Numbered from the stretch's first letter, positions 1-11,436 are shown. The stretch is 64,000 nucleotides of DNA from Eledone cirrhosa (GCA_964016885.1 OZ024746.1:15252001-15316000); one strand, 5' to 3'. Numbers and translations: made by a program. Notes: generated by a model not told the origin, from the letters alone.

Positions 1-352
1 GTCAGTGGTGCTACTATGTTTTCTCCCGTTGTATTGTATACTCAACAAGAGAAAACATAATAGCACCACTGACGATGTTGCAGATGTGCAACGAAAGAAC
101 TTTGATAGACTATATATATGTGTTTGTGTCTATATTGTATCTGTATTTTTGACCGTTGGTCAGTCAATGGTAACATTGAGGACCGAATAAATTAAATTAA
201 CCGATATAAAAGACACAGAAGCGAAAACCAACCAAACAGTGAGTGTGTTCTGTTATTAATTCTGGCAATATTATTACAACAATATGACCCTCCCCAAGTA
301 TAACAATATTTGTTTCGACACACGATTTCATATCAAAACCTCGCAAAACTAA
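1..352 (+). mobile_element. Penelope-like pLTR relic (family A2) with 3' tail; inverted arm runs off the window start
   Basis: Its end (atgaccctccccaagtataacaatat..tttcgacacacgatttca) matches the 3' end of the GIY-YIG PLE at 22523-22620. Bases 1-25 are the reverse complement of 49-73. It ends in (TA)n. A second copy without the tail lies at 33977-34160. Confidence 0.75.
65..106 (+). ncRNA. Minimal type I hammerhead ribozyme motif (stem I partly decayed)
   Basis: acca-CTGACGA-t-gttgca-gatg-tgcaac-GAAA-gaac-TT-tgat: both core boxes intact, perfect 6-bp stem II, 3 of 4 pairs in stem I. Confidence 0.7.
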
Positions 353-391
353 TATATATATATATATAAAGACACACACACACACACACAC

Positions 392-432
<41 letters not shown>

Positions 433-444
433 TGATTACAACTT

Positions 445-1045
445 GTCAGAAGACTGCCCTCCCTTCATTGAACATTGCACACAAGTCACTTTTCGGACGC
501 ACTTTTGTTTTGTAGTTACGCTCACAGATATAACACTTGAACTGTGTGTTTCCTGGTAATACTTGCTGGGGTGTCTCTTCATACATTCTACTATGTCTGG
601 TCAATCCACCAGCTGACTTGCAAATTAAGCCACACTCACTGCAAATGTACCGCGGGGTGTGTGATGGTAGAACCATCTCACAATGGCTCGATTTCTCCTT
701 GGCTGTGTGATATTAGAGGTTTGACAAATCCAGCTTTTGATAGAAGAAATCAGCCACATACGTTACACCTCAATTCCTGCTGGATTTTTGCAAGCACTGC
801 ACTTGGGTCCCGTTTACGAAGTGAATGCTTCAAAGCAGCACGCTCCACTCGTTTTTTCTCATCACTATCCATGATGTACGGCCTTCAGCCAATATTTTCC
901 AGTTTCCCATATCAATCTTCAGGGCTAAAAGATTGTCTTTTATGGCATCCCTAAATCGCTTCTTTGGTATATTCTGTGGCCTTTTTCCTCTGGTCAGCTC
1001 TCCATAAAATAACTGTTTAGGCAGCCTTCCATCTGAGCTCATGGG
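445..1045 (-). mobile_element. RTE-clade LINE 3' fragment (C-terminus with C2H2-like fingers), frameshifted
   Basis: Translations MSSDGRLPKQLFYGELTRGKRPQNIPKKRFRDAIK and CSECGLICKSAGGLTRHSR resemble the RTE/BovB-type C-terminus. Confidence 0.85.
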
Positions 1046-1049
1046 TGTA

Positions 1050-1400
1050 ATCCAATCATCTTGCTTGGAGTCTACCCCTTGGTCTCCTGCCGGTTGGTTT
1101 TGTCCATAGAATCTGTCCAGCGATTCTTTCCTGAGACATTCTAGCCACATGCCCATAGTATCGGAGCTGTGATCTCTCAATTCGGGGAAGCAGTGGCTCT
1201 ACCTGGAGTGACTCTCTGATCTCCGAGCTACATAATCTATCGAGTAACGTTGTTCCAAAGACCATTCAGAGGAACCCCATTTCGGCCGCTTGTTTTCGCA
1301 TTCTTTGTGTCACTACCAAAGATTCATGACCATTGGTAAGGGTTAGCACGGATACCGAATTGAAGATAGTGAGTTTGTCTTTTACACTTACCTCCCTTCT
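1050..1400 (-). mobile_element. RTE (Expander/Rex3-like) LINE fragment, post-RT region
   Basis: EIRESLQVEPLLPRIERSQLRYYGHVARMSQERIAGQILWTKPTGRRPRGR motif. Confidence 0.85.
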
Positions 1401-1401
1401 T

Positions 1402-1532
1402 CTCGTTAAGCCTCCCCGATAAAGTCTATGCTAAGTGTCAGGCAAAGACATGTTAGGGAGATTGTCGAGTTCAAGCTAGCTGATGAACAGTGTGGATTTC
1501 GTCCCGGACGCTGCAGAGCCGACTACATATTA
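1402..1532 (+). mobile_element. RTE LINE RT fragment, inverted relative to 1050-1400
   Basis: Encodes (frameshifted) SLP.KVYAKC...REIVEFKLADEQCGFRPGR; clearly homologous to 56720-56855. Confidence 0.8.
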
Positions 1533-2904
1533 AAGCAACATTTCCAATTAAAACAAAAAACAACTGAGTATTTGTTCAAAATAAAAAAAAAACTATTTTA
1601 TTAAACCAACCAAATTTAATTATATCTTCATAAAATCAATTCAATCACGTGGAAATTTTCATCTCATACATTAGCAGAAAGCTTCAGAATTATAAGCAAA
1701 AAATGCAATGGCATATGTTGTTTCTTCTTCCCCCAGGGGATCATAGAAGTGTATGATGGGAACAGAGATGAATGAAAAAGACGTGGGAGGCTCGGTTCTC
1801 TTGGTATTCACCTCTTTAAGGCGCTTGTCACATTATCTCTCAATACTTATTTTCTAACGACCGAGGAGTTTAAATCCTCACGTTTATAGTTTTCCAATAA
1901 CCATAGTACTAAGACTCGATACTAAAACACTAGCTATTTGGCGATTTAACCTAACGTGTTTATTATAATTGGTAAGCAAGAAAAATGTTTCGAATCAAGA
2001 TTCATTTAATACAAATTCACTCCACTTAGGACGTTATTGAGTTGGTAAGGTATGACATTCATAACGCCACCCTTTCCATTTTGCCCTAAAATGTAGGGAC
2101 GGTTGTGCTTTTAATTAGGGACTGATGTCCGTATAATGGATTATGATATATATATATATATATATAACAGTGTATTATTGGTAATGATCTATTGAGTAGT
2201 ACACAGGTGAAACTCCAGAGTAACAATACCACTTAATCATAATATAAATATGTATGCACATATATATATATAAGCGCAGTTAAGTGCCAATCAGCACAAC
2301 TTGTGGAAATTGCGTGAGAATCAACCTATTATGTTTGTTGAGGTGCGGTGTAACCACCACCCTATATTACTATTTAGATTGTGGTACTTCCCTAGATACA
2401 GAACTGTTAAAACTTGTGGGGGTACATTTGCTGATTTGGGGTCTGAGCTACTTTCACGGAAAATTACAAATTACATTGTATTAGCTACCTTTGGTTTTGC
2501 ACTATTAAAATCCACCGGGATTTTAAAAGCTAAATGGAACACGCTGACGTTCAAGCTGGTTAGTAAATACTGAACCAAATTTTCTTTGTTTCAAAAGTGA
2601 ACATTTTAAGATGTTCGTATTGTGATAAAAGACCTGAAGATGGATGGGCTCCGCCATGGCTAAAATTCCAAAGATACACCGTATGTCATTACAGTACTCC
2701 TACAACTCCAGCAGGTGTCACGAGTCCATACATATATTGTGATAAAACATTATTGTATATAAACCATAACATAAGAACAATATTTCCGTTACTATTTGTT
2801 GTCGATCAACGAGAAGTTAATGTAAATCTAATAAATTAGGCATCATGTAATCTGCGAGTTTTCCCATGTTCTGTAACCAAAATATAATTTGTAAATTTAA
2901 TGGA

Positions 2905-3170
2905 TGTGAAGACGAGTGACCCAGTGAATCGTAATTTCGTGGGTTCGATTCCTACACCAGGTGGTGCGTTATGTTCTTGAGCAAACACTCAAATTTCACA
3001 TGCTCTAGTTCACTCGGCTGAATATGGGTACCAGCAGTAGCTGGGAGTTTAACCATATAAATGAACTGGCGTCCTGTCCAGAGGGAACTCATGTACTCTC
3101 AGTCGCTTATCGCTGATAAAACCAGATAATCAGCGGCCAGATGAGACTCCGAGCTTGTGAAAATAATATT
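2905..3170 (+). mobile_element. tRNA-derived SINE with CORE-like central domain
   Basis: B-box-like gggttcgattcc, then ttcttgagcaaacact...atgggtaccagc...ctggcgtcctgtccag; related heads at 32327 and 60796. Confidence 0.65.
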
Positions 3171-3851
3171 AATGGTCTTTTCACGGATATCTTTTTAATG
3201 AGACTTGCATTGATGTTCCAATAAGGGTAGAATCTATATATAAAGGTTAAGAACCGTTGGTTTAGATTGGTTAAGATTGATCTATAGACTACATATACAG
3301 AATCAATAAAATTGTTTGTTAGCTTTGATAAGAGAGAAAAAAAGAAAACAAATGATATAAGCCGTTAAATGAACTGAAGTAAAACCATTAATATTTTGGT
3401 AGGATATAAGTAATGAATAGTAGAAAGAATATAGAAGTTAGTGGCTGACTGAGAAAACTTTTTAACCTGGAACCAGAATCACAGAATTCAAAACAGGGAC
3501 CTGAAAAATAGATTGACATCATAATAGATAGTTGTAGTTCAAAATATATCGGTTTATTTGTGTCTAGTTACAAAAGCCGTATTTTGGGGAAGGGTTCTAT
3601 AAATGTATGAGGTAATTAGAAGTGACATCCAACTCTCTAACGATTGTATTAATTCACCACCCTGAGATGTATATAAAATAATAATTAATACAACCTTAAT
3701 GATTTACCTAACTGGAACAATGCGTTAAGGTAAATAGATTATGAAAAGCGGAAAGTATTTGCCCATAATTCAAATCACTGAAATGAAAAGATGTGTCTTG
3801 ATTCCGTGTTTGACAAATGTTTATTATTACAACCACTTCAGAGAAAATAAT

Positions 3852-4034
3852 AATAATTGTTTCTACTTTTGGCACAAGGCCAGCAATTACCAGTGCATTA
3901 CTGGTACTTCATTTTATCGACCCCGTAAGGATGAAAGGCAAAGCTAACCTCGGCGGGATTTGAACTCAGAACATAAAGGGCCGTAACTCTATGCCGCAAA
4001 ACATGATGTCCGTCGCTCTACTGATTCTGTCAAT
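3852..4034 (-). mobile_element. tRNA-derived SINE (family M, Meta-domain-like)
   Basis: Conserved block gagttcaaatcccgccgaggtt..ctttgcctttcatccttacggggtcgataaaat..agtaccagt..ccttgtgccaaaagtagaaac, repeated about 17 times in the window. Confidence 0.85.
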
Positions 4035-4498
4035 AATAATTTTAAGGGTCGTGAGTTGATAGGTTTAGTTAGAATTTTAAAGGTGAAATTCATGTTTTTC
4101 TTATGATTTTTTATATGTTTTGAACGAATCTGTCCTTTAAAACTGTTGTAAATTATTTTTCTCTGGTTCCTCCACCGTCACCCGAGAACGCCGTAACATC
4201 CATCTTTGGTTCTTCCACCCGAGAACGCCGTTACACTAAATATATATTTACCCCGTGTTTTTACACTTATATGTATATATTTATCTATTTTACGTCACAT
4301 AATACTTACATTCATTCAGTCTCTTGTTATTCGCCAAAATCAAGTCTCTTTTAGTGCAACCATAGCGTCTCATGCAGTTACCATATACGCGATAATTACT
4401 GTAAATGAAACAAAAACAATTACTTGACAATATCTCAAATTATTCACAATTAATCAATATTTTGTACGAAGCCCAATTTTCGGCTTTTGAAGAGCTGA

Positions 4499-4543
<45 letters not shown>

Positions 4544-4545
<2 letters not shown>

Positions 4546-4692
4546 AAGGCTTCTACAGGACTAGAACTGTTTCATTCCGGAGAAATCATCAGGACTTCCT
4601 GATGATTTCTCCGGAATGAAACAGTTCTACTCTGCTATGCATCGAGTACCTTACTTACTGTGGTTACCCCCGATTGAACCCGGGATAAACTT
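4544..4692 (+). mobile_element. PLE-like inverted relic (family E) with HHR-like motif in both arms
   Basis: Palindrome centred near 4594 (tagaactgtttcattccggagaaatcatcagga / tcctgatgatttctccggaatgaaacagttcta). The tail actgtggttacccccgattgaacccgggataaactt is shared with 39928-40060 and 20311-20338. Confidence 0.65.
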
Positions 4693-4878
4693 ACATTGAT
4701 ATGTAAAGTGAAGGATATTAAAAGACGGACAAAAACACGAGAAGAAGTAAGTGATATAGCCACTACTTTAAGACTCATAGTGAATGGTCTTCTAAATGTT
4801 TTTAATTAAAAATACAGTATATTGCCAAATATATTTTACATACATTCATGCATACATCGCTATTTCAGAACACCAATA

Positions 4879-4941
<63 letters not shown>

Positions 4942-5078
4942 TGGGGGTCTTTGTGTTGAGTTGACATAAGGTACATATTACTTACTTTACATTTCTGATT
5001 TCTTTGTTTAAACCCCGACAAGGTTGACTAACTTTTATTGAAGGTGGCATAAAATTAGTATCAGTAATATACTAATTG

Positions 5079-5220
5079 GGGCAGCAAATTGGCAGAGTCG
5101 TTAGAACGTCAGATAGAATGCTTTGTGGTATTCTTTCAAGCTCTCTGCACCCCGAGTTCAAATACCGATGAGATCAACTTTGTCTGTTATCAATTCGAGG
5201 TCGATAAATAAAGTATCACT
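5079..5220 (+). mobile_element. SINE family M, older subfamily
   Basis: ttggcagagtcgttagaacgtc head, gagttcaaat box, gaggtcgataaataaagt. Confidence 0.7.
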
Positions 5221-5361
5221 ACAGTTCCTGAGTAAATGTTGATTTCGACAGGTTTTGAAGTCACCAGAATGTAAAGAGCCGACCCAGAACAAATACCGCA
5301 ATGATATTTTATTCGACGCTCTACCAATTCTATCAATCCAATAGCCTCACACAAGCTATAA

Positions 5362-5586
5362 ATAATGGTTTCTGATTTAGGCAGAAAGCCAACAACTTTT
5401 GGGGGAAAGAGAAAGTCGATTTAATCGATCCCAGTACATTACTGGTGCTTTATTTTACCGACCTCGTAAGGATAAAAGGCAAAGTTAACTTCGGCGCGAT
5501 TTTGAACTCAGAGTGTAAAGGGCCATAACTCTGTGCTGCAAAGCATGGTGTCTGACGCTCTACCGATACAGCCAAACCACCGCCCT
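5362..5586 (-). mobile_element. SINE family M (long variant)
   Basis: Same conserved block in reverse complement. Confidence 0.8.
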
Positions 5587-5720
5587 TTTAGCTGTGATAA
5601 CTAAAACAGACTAAAGAAGTAAAGTACATGAGAGATAGGCAGTAAACACTTTTGATTCACTTTCATGCATGTCATATATGTGTTTTCATTCAAAATAATA
5701 AAGTCTGTGATAAGCTATAA

Positions 5721-5900
5721 ATAATTGTTTCTACTTTTGGCACAAGGCCAGCAATTACCCATTGCATTACTGGTACTTTATTTTATCGACCCCGTAAGGA
5801 TGAAAGGCAAAGTTAACCTCGGCGGGATTTGAACTCAGATCATACAGGGAGGTAACTCTATGCTTCAAAGCATGGCGTCCGACTCTCTACCGATACTGGT
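5721..5900 (-). mobile_element. SINE family M
   Basis: Near-identical to 3852-4034. Confidence 0.85.
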
Positions 5901-6377
5901 AACAGTATATAACAACTTACTTGCACAAAACATCAAGAGAGGAGTTTGCTACTGCCACAACAGATGAGATTTCGGTTTTGCACACGTCTTCACAAGCTGC
6001 AAAAAAAAAAAAAAATCAATAAAGATTCAACAGACACATACAATATATTGACGGTGTTATAGCAATGCTCGCTTAGCTTTACGGTATTCCGTCGGTGTCT
6101 ACGATAAGTGTTTGGGTTGTTCGATCAAAGGTACTGCCTGCTCATGAAATTAACACATGGCTGAGGATTCCCAAAACACATGGAGACCTTAAGGTAATTC
6201 TCAGGCAGATTCAGTGTTACATAGTGAGTGACAAGGATGACCATTTGAATTACAGGTACATTCCATCAGACAGACTTCCAAACAGTTTCCGGTGGTAAAA
6301 AAAAAAGCTCTCAGGAAAGCTGGACAGCAGAATGTCTTCAGGAAAGAAAACTCTTCTCAACCAAGTGTTTCCACGCT

Positions 6378-7050
6378 TAAGGTTTGGGACAATCTGAGGT
6401 TTGGGACGATCCAAGGTTTGGGACGATCCAAGGTTTGGGACGATCCAATGTTTGGGACAATCTAAGGTTTGGGACGATCTGAGGTTTGGGACGATCCAAG
6501 GTTTGGGACGATCCAAGGTTTGGGACGATCCAATGTTTGGGACGATCTGAGGTTTGGGATAATCTGAGGTTTGGGACGATCTAAGGTTTGGGGCGATCCA
6601 AGGTTTGGGACGATCCAAGGTTTGGGACGATCTAAGGTTTGGGACGATCCAAGGTTTGGGACGATCTGAGGTTTGGGACAATCTGAGGTTTGGGACGATC
6701 TAAGGTTTGGGGCGATCCAAGGTTTGGGACGATCCAAGGCTTGGGACGATCCAAGGTTTGGGACGATCTGAGGTTTGGGACGATCTGAGGTTTGGGACGA
6801 TCTGAGGTTTGGGACGATCCAAGGTTTGGGACGATCCAAGATATTGGATAATCCAAGGTTTGGGACGATCCAAGGTTTTGGACAATCTAAGGTTTGGGAC
6901 AATCTAAGGTTTGGGACAATCTAAGGTTTGGGACAATCTAAGGTTTGGGGCGATCCAAGGTTTGGGACGATCCAAGGCTTGGGACGATCCAAGGCGTGTG
7001 ACGATCTGAGGTTTGGGACGATCTGAGGTTTGGGACGATCCAAGATATGG
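6378..7050. repeat. 17-bp minisatellite (aggtttgggacgatcca), about 39 copies
   Basis: Direct inspection; explains the 17-aa periodic ORFs on the minus strand. Confidence 0.95.
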
Positions 7051-7090
7051 TAAATAAGTTTCCCTCAAGATGTCATCCAGTGGTATCGAG

Positions 7091-7136
7091 ACCAAGATTT
7101 AATGATTGCCAAGCTTGGCAATCATTAAATCTTGGT
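7091..7136. repeat. Perfect 46-bp palindrome with no spacer
   Basis: accaagatttaatgattgccaag|cttggcaatcattaaatcttggt. Confidence 0.95.
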
Positions 7137-7545
7137 TTCGTTCCAAAAGAGCATGCAAGACTCCGTGTCTTAGAGAGAAGTCATAAAGAGGGGAATTATC
7201 GGTGGGAATAACTAACGAATCGTACGTATTTGACAGACATAAAGTTGGGAGATTCTTCAAAAACTTGAAAATATCATGTTTTATAATATGCAGTCACGTG
7301 ACCGAAAAGTTCTAGAACATTTTATAATAGAAAAAAACAACAACAAAAACAAACTAACAAACAATAATCAATATTGGAGGTTAAATTTTGATATGTAAGT
7401 TGATAGGTCCGAACAAAGCCATCAACAGATACAAATATATGAAGGAAGTGGGTGTTTAATGGACAATGTAGATCCGTTTCGTTAGTGTGTCCATAGTTAG
7501 GATGAGGCTATTCTATAATTTGAAAGCATTTATAGAAATAAAAGG

Positions 7546-7763
7546 GTGGTGGGTTGGTAGTAATCGGTAGAGCGTCAGACAACATGCTCTGCAGCATAGA
7601 GTTATGGCCCTTTACGTTTTGAGTTCAAATACCACCGTGGTTAGTTTTGCCTTACATCCTTAGGGTTGTCGATAAATAAAAGTACCAGTAACGAACTGGG
7701 GTCGATTTCATCGATTTTCCCTTCCCTGCAAAATTGTTGGCCTTGTGCCTAAACCAGAAACCA
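7546..7763 (+). mobile_element. SINE family M (long variant)
   Basis: Conserved block gagttcaaat...gtcgataaataaaagtaccag...ccttgtgcctaa. Confidence 0.8.
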
Positions 7764-8036
7764 TAGAGATAAAGTTATAGTCAAATAAAGAAAAAGAGAA
7801 AGAAGATTAAAACTCGAAGGAGGAAGAGGAAAATAAAAAGGAAAAAGAACAAAGACAGAGTTTCTTACCGCATAAAGTTAAATAAGGTTTAATATGTTCA
7901 ATGGAGCAATGTTCATTTAAATAGCACCTGGCAACTTTTTCTGCTGGCCTGAAAGTTAAATAAGAAAGGTTCATAGAGGTAGTTCGAATCCTTTTCATGA
8001 AAACTATTATATATAAATATCTGTACTGGGGGAGGG

Positions 8037-8080
8037 ACCGTCCTGACGAAGGCCAGTCAAGCCTGAAATGCATAGACGGT
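8037..8080 (+). ncRNA. Minimal type I hammerhead ribozyme, fully canonical
   Basis: accgtc-CTGACGA-aggc-cagtcaa-gcct-GAAA-tgca-TA-gacggt: perfect 6-bp stem I, 4-bp stem II, palindromic stem III (atgcat), predicted cleavage after AUA at 8074. Confidence 0.9.
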
Positions 8081-8460
8081 TGTTCCCCTTGCTTCTGCTG
8101 GACACCACCAGAGGGCGTTAGTCCCGGTGTTTGCATAGCTACGGCTTCCTAAGACCGTGTTTCTTTAGAAATACGAAATTTCTATACATATTTGTATAAA
8201 GCTATGCTTGAAGCGAAATTCTATTTCTAATCTGTATTGTTGTTTTGTCCTAATAATTTTCTTTACTTAGAGACTATTGTTGCCCTGTGGAGTTAGACGG
8301 GAGAGTGGGGCATTACTGTCTTTTAAAGTATCCGAAACTACAAAGGCACCCAGGAGACAGCTGACGAGCGAGTAATTTCCATATGTCACCCTTCACCATA
8401 TTTTCTGTGTCTTTCCTTTACCCCATGTAGACACACACACAAACACACACACACATATAT

Positions 8461-8664
8461 AACAAAGAGGGTGTGTATGTGGTAAGATACCAGGTGGACC
8501 ATAACGCACCAGAGTACTCGATACTTGGGGTAGTAGAGTGGGTAATATGAAAAGATTCAGGACCCCGACAGCTGAGCTCCGGCCGTTTCGACAGCTAGAT
8601 GCGAACTGTTCGGATCTAGCTGTCGAAACGGCTGGAGCTCAGCCGTTGGGGTCCTGAATCTTTT
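8461..8664 (-). mobile_element. PLE-like asymmetric inverted relic (family D)
   Basis: Palindrome centred near 8606 (aggaccccgac...ttcgacagctagat / atctagctgtcgaaacgg...ggggtcct). Only the left arm carries the tail (ccaggtggaccataacgcacc). Confidence 0.7.
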
Positions 8665-8735
8665 CCTCATGCGTTAACCCAATATATCCCTTCCATATAC
8701 TGTACCGATTGTGTTGTTATTTCTGTTTACCTTTT

Positions 8736-8851
<116 letters not shown>

Positions 8852-8889
8852 ATATATATATATACACACACACAAATATTCCTTTAATG

Positions 8890-8956
<67 letters not shown>

Positions 8957-9122
8957 AAGGTTAAACAAGTTTCAATGAATAAATCACGCACCCTCTGTAT
9001 TATATGTAATTTTTTCATGTCTCAATCTTAACGTATATAAATATTGAGTTTTGTCATATCTTATTCACTGCCATGACTGAATTTTAACCATCTACTTAGT
9101 CAGGGTATCTCATGCATCATCT

Positions 9123-9189
9123 TATTTTATCTGATGAGGACGTACCGTTGAAGATAGCTCAGTACCTCTGAAATATGTATAATAAAATA
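9123..9189 (+). ncRNA. Type I hammerhead ribozyme (family G) inside a (TA)n-flanked insert at about 8955-9233
   Basis: tattttat-CTGATGA-ggacgtac..gtacctct-GAAA-tatgta-TA-ataaaata: perfect 8-bp stem I, 7 of 8 pairs in stem II, near-palindromic stem III. Confidence 0.85.
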
Positions 9190-9230
9190 TACTTGATCAC
9201 ACGAATGTCTATTTTTGTTAATATTTTGAA

Positions 9231-9290
<60 letters not shown>

Positions 9291-9295
<5 letters not shown>

Positions 9296-9629
9296 ATACT
9301 TTGGGAGGGTCATGTTGCCAATAAGAAACACACGCACCAGTTGCTTTCACTTCAATTTATTTATTATAATAAATTTATAATAAGTTTATAAATTTATAAA
9401 TTTCTGGTTGGTTGGTTCCACAACCAGATAGTTGTTTATATATAGTCATAGTTCTTTCGTCACACACTCTGTGACCTCTTCAGTGACTGGGGATTCCTTT
9501 CTTTGTTTCTGTGCCTCTCCTTTGTTCTGTCCTACGCCATTTTGGCAACATGACCCTCCCAAAGTATAACAATATCGGTTTCAACACACGATTTCAGATA
9601 AAGAATCTTGCTAAACAAATTCAGAAACG

Positions 9630-9633
<4 letters not shown>
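9291..9633. mobile_element. PLE family A relic: inverted pLTR (9291-9540, minus, no tail) plus short tailed 3' end (9542-9633, plus)
   Basis: High similarity to the 3' UTR of the GIY-YIG element at 22523-22825; (TA)n on both sides. Confidence 0.85.
9444..9488 (-). ncRNA. Minimal type I hammerhead ribozyme (family A)
   Basis: Reverse complement reads agtca-CTGAAGA-g-gtcaca-gagtg-tgtgac-GAAA-gaac-TA-tgact. Confidence 0.85.
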
Positions 9634-9693
<60 letters not shown>

Positions 9694-10771
9694 CATTAAA
9701 GGGATATTTGGAATCCGGCTTTCTTTTCATTGAATATATAGGGGCACCAAAATGACATACAGCGTTTCTTGGCTACTTTAAACCTGGCAGAACCCACCCC
9801 CCTCCAACTCCTACAAAAGTTGTAGAAAAGATGAAATCAATAAGTAGACAAGTATAGTACAGTATTAACTAATGGCTCTCTGCTGAATCGTTAACTAATA
9901 ACGTAGTACATTATTCATGTAATACTTACCCACAGCCTGGCCAGAAATCAAGTTCTTCTTTAGCACATTTATTTACACAACCTGGAAGAGAAAGAGTAGA
10001 AATGAACATGAGAGATATAGTACATGTATCTTTATGTATAATTGGGTGGATTGTAGATAATTGTCTGTATTTGATTGAGTGTGTGTGAAAATGTGTGTAT
10101 GAGTGTGTGTGTGAGAGACAGAGATGGGAAAAGAGTGGGAGAAAGACAGTGTGTGTGTGAGTAGAAGGTGTACGGGCAAGTATTAAATAATACTGAAGGA
10201 GAATTTGATGAAACCTTTGACGAACATCTTGGGGAAGCCATTGAAGTTGACATTGGTGTAAACATGGAAGAGGACATTGAAGAGGTCAGTGAGAAAGAGA
10301 TTGTAAAAGACATTGGAGAAAATATTTAAGAAAAAGCATCAAAGTTGACATGGAAGACAACTGTGAAAAAACCCCATTAATATAGACAGGAAAGTTAACA
10401 ATAAAATAGACATTGATGTATATATCGATGTAGACATTACAAAAATACTTTGAATAACATGATTGGAGAAGATTCTGTGAGAAGACATTGTTGAATGTAT
10501 CAACAGGTTTATAATTGATTAGAAAATTCGAGAATTTGAAATAAGTACTTTAGATGATGAAAATACTAACGGCAATCTTTGTTCAATATCCAAGTTCCTT
10601 CCTGATTTGTAATCTTATAATTCTTCTCAGCCATCACTTGCCGCACCCGTTTAGCTGATGCACAACCGGCATAGTTCTTTGACACTGGTCCTCCAGACAA
10701 ACAACCCAAATATTTCCTGGAATGTATAAGCACATTTTATTTATTTTTCATGAGTGAATAATAATAATATT

Positions 10772-11040
10772 GTAAACAGCCTCATTTTGCCATGCGTTCA
10801 AGACGACTAATGTCAACTATTTGTTCCAGCGGTAGCTGAGAGAAAAATAATCTTCTCTATATATTCTCAACAGTTCCAGGATGTAGCAGAAGGGAGACAA
10901 ATACACAATCTTGATAAGGGGCAATAACCCCGAAACATTTGTATCATTTTAAGTAATACTGGGAAGATTGTTTTTTCTCTCTGCTACCGCTGGAACAAAA
11001 AGATGACGTTATTCGTCTTGAACACGTGGGCTGTTTGCTT
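10772..11040. mobile_element. Diverged inverted repeat (10772-10855 / 10962-11040) with a decayed U3-A8 hammerhead-like motif in the spacer (10907-10948)
   Basis: Arms ttcaagacga..tttgttccagcggtagc.gagagaaaa.aatcttc and its reverse complement. Spacer TTGATAA-gggg-caataa-cccc-GAAA-catttg-TA; stem I does not pair cleanly. Confidence 0.55.
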
Positions 11041-11075
11041 ACAAACGAACTGAATATTAATGATATTATTATTAA

Positions 11076-11245
11076 CGGTAGAGGGTCGGACGCCATGCTT
11101 TGACGCATAGTTACAACCCTTGCCATTCTGAGTTCAAATCCCGCCGAGGTCAACTTTGCCTTTCATCCTTACGGGGGTCGATAAAATAAAGTACCAGTAA
11201 TGCACTGGTGAATTGCTGGCCTTGTGCCAAAAGTAGAAACAATTA
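11076..11245 (+). mobile_element. SINE family M
   Basis: Conserved block. Confidence 0.85.
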
Positions 11246-11436
11246 TATTATTCACTCACGAATGCATTTACGTATCCGCCATGCTAGAACGAAAACAAAT
11301 TTTGTATTTCTTTTTCTTTTTGATAATAAAGAAATATCCTACAGTTTAAGAGATGATCGAAGTTTGGATATTATGTACTTTATTGTGGGTATTGATTGAG
11401 ACGGCGAAGTTGTACGAGTTTACAGCAATATCAGAA

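Noticed and set aside
2175-2230. GAAA-ctccagag-TA-acaata possible hammerhead relic
   Set aside because: The 5' core box is too degenerate (gtaatga) to support a call.
6378-7050. CRISPR-like array (also considered for 14717-14915 and 43215-43849)
   Set aside because: Head-to-tail units with no unique spacers, no cas genes, eukaryotic context.
10570-10725. Minus-strand exon after a ttccag acceptor
   Set aside because: No recognisable protein or strong donor; lies next to a repeat relic.
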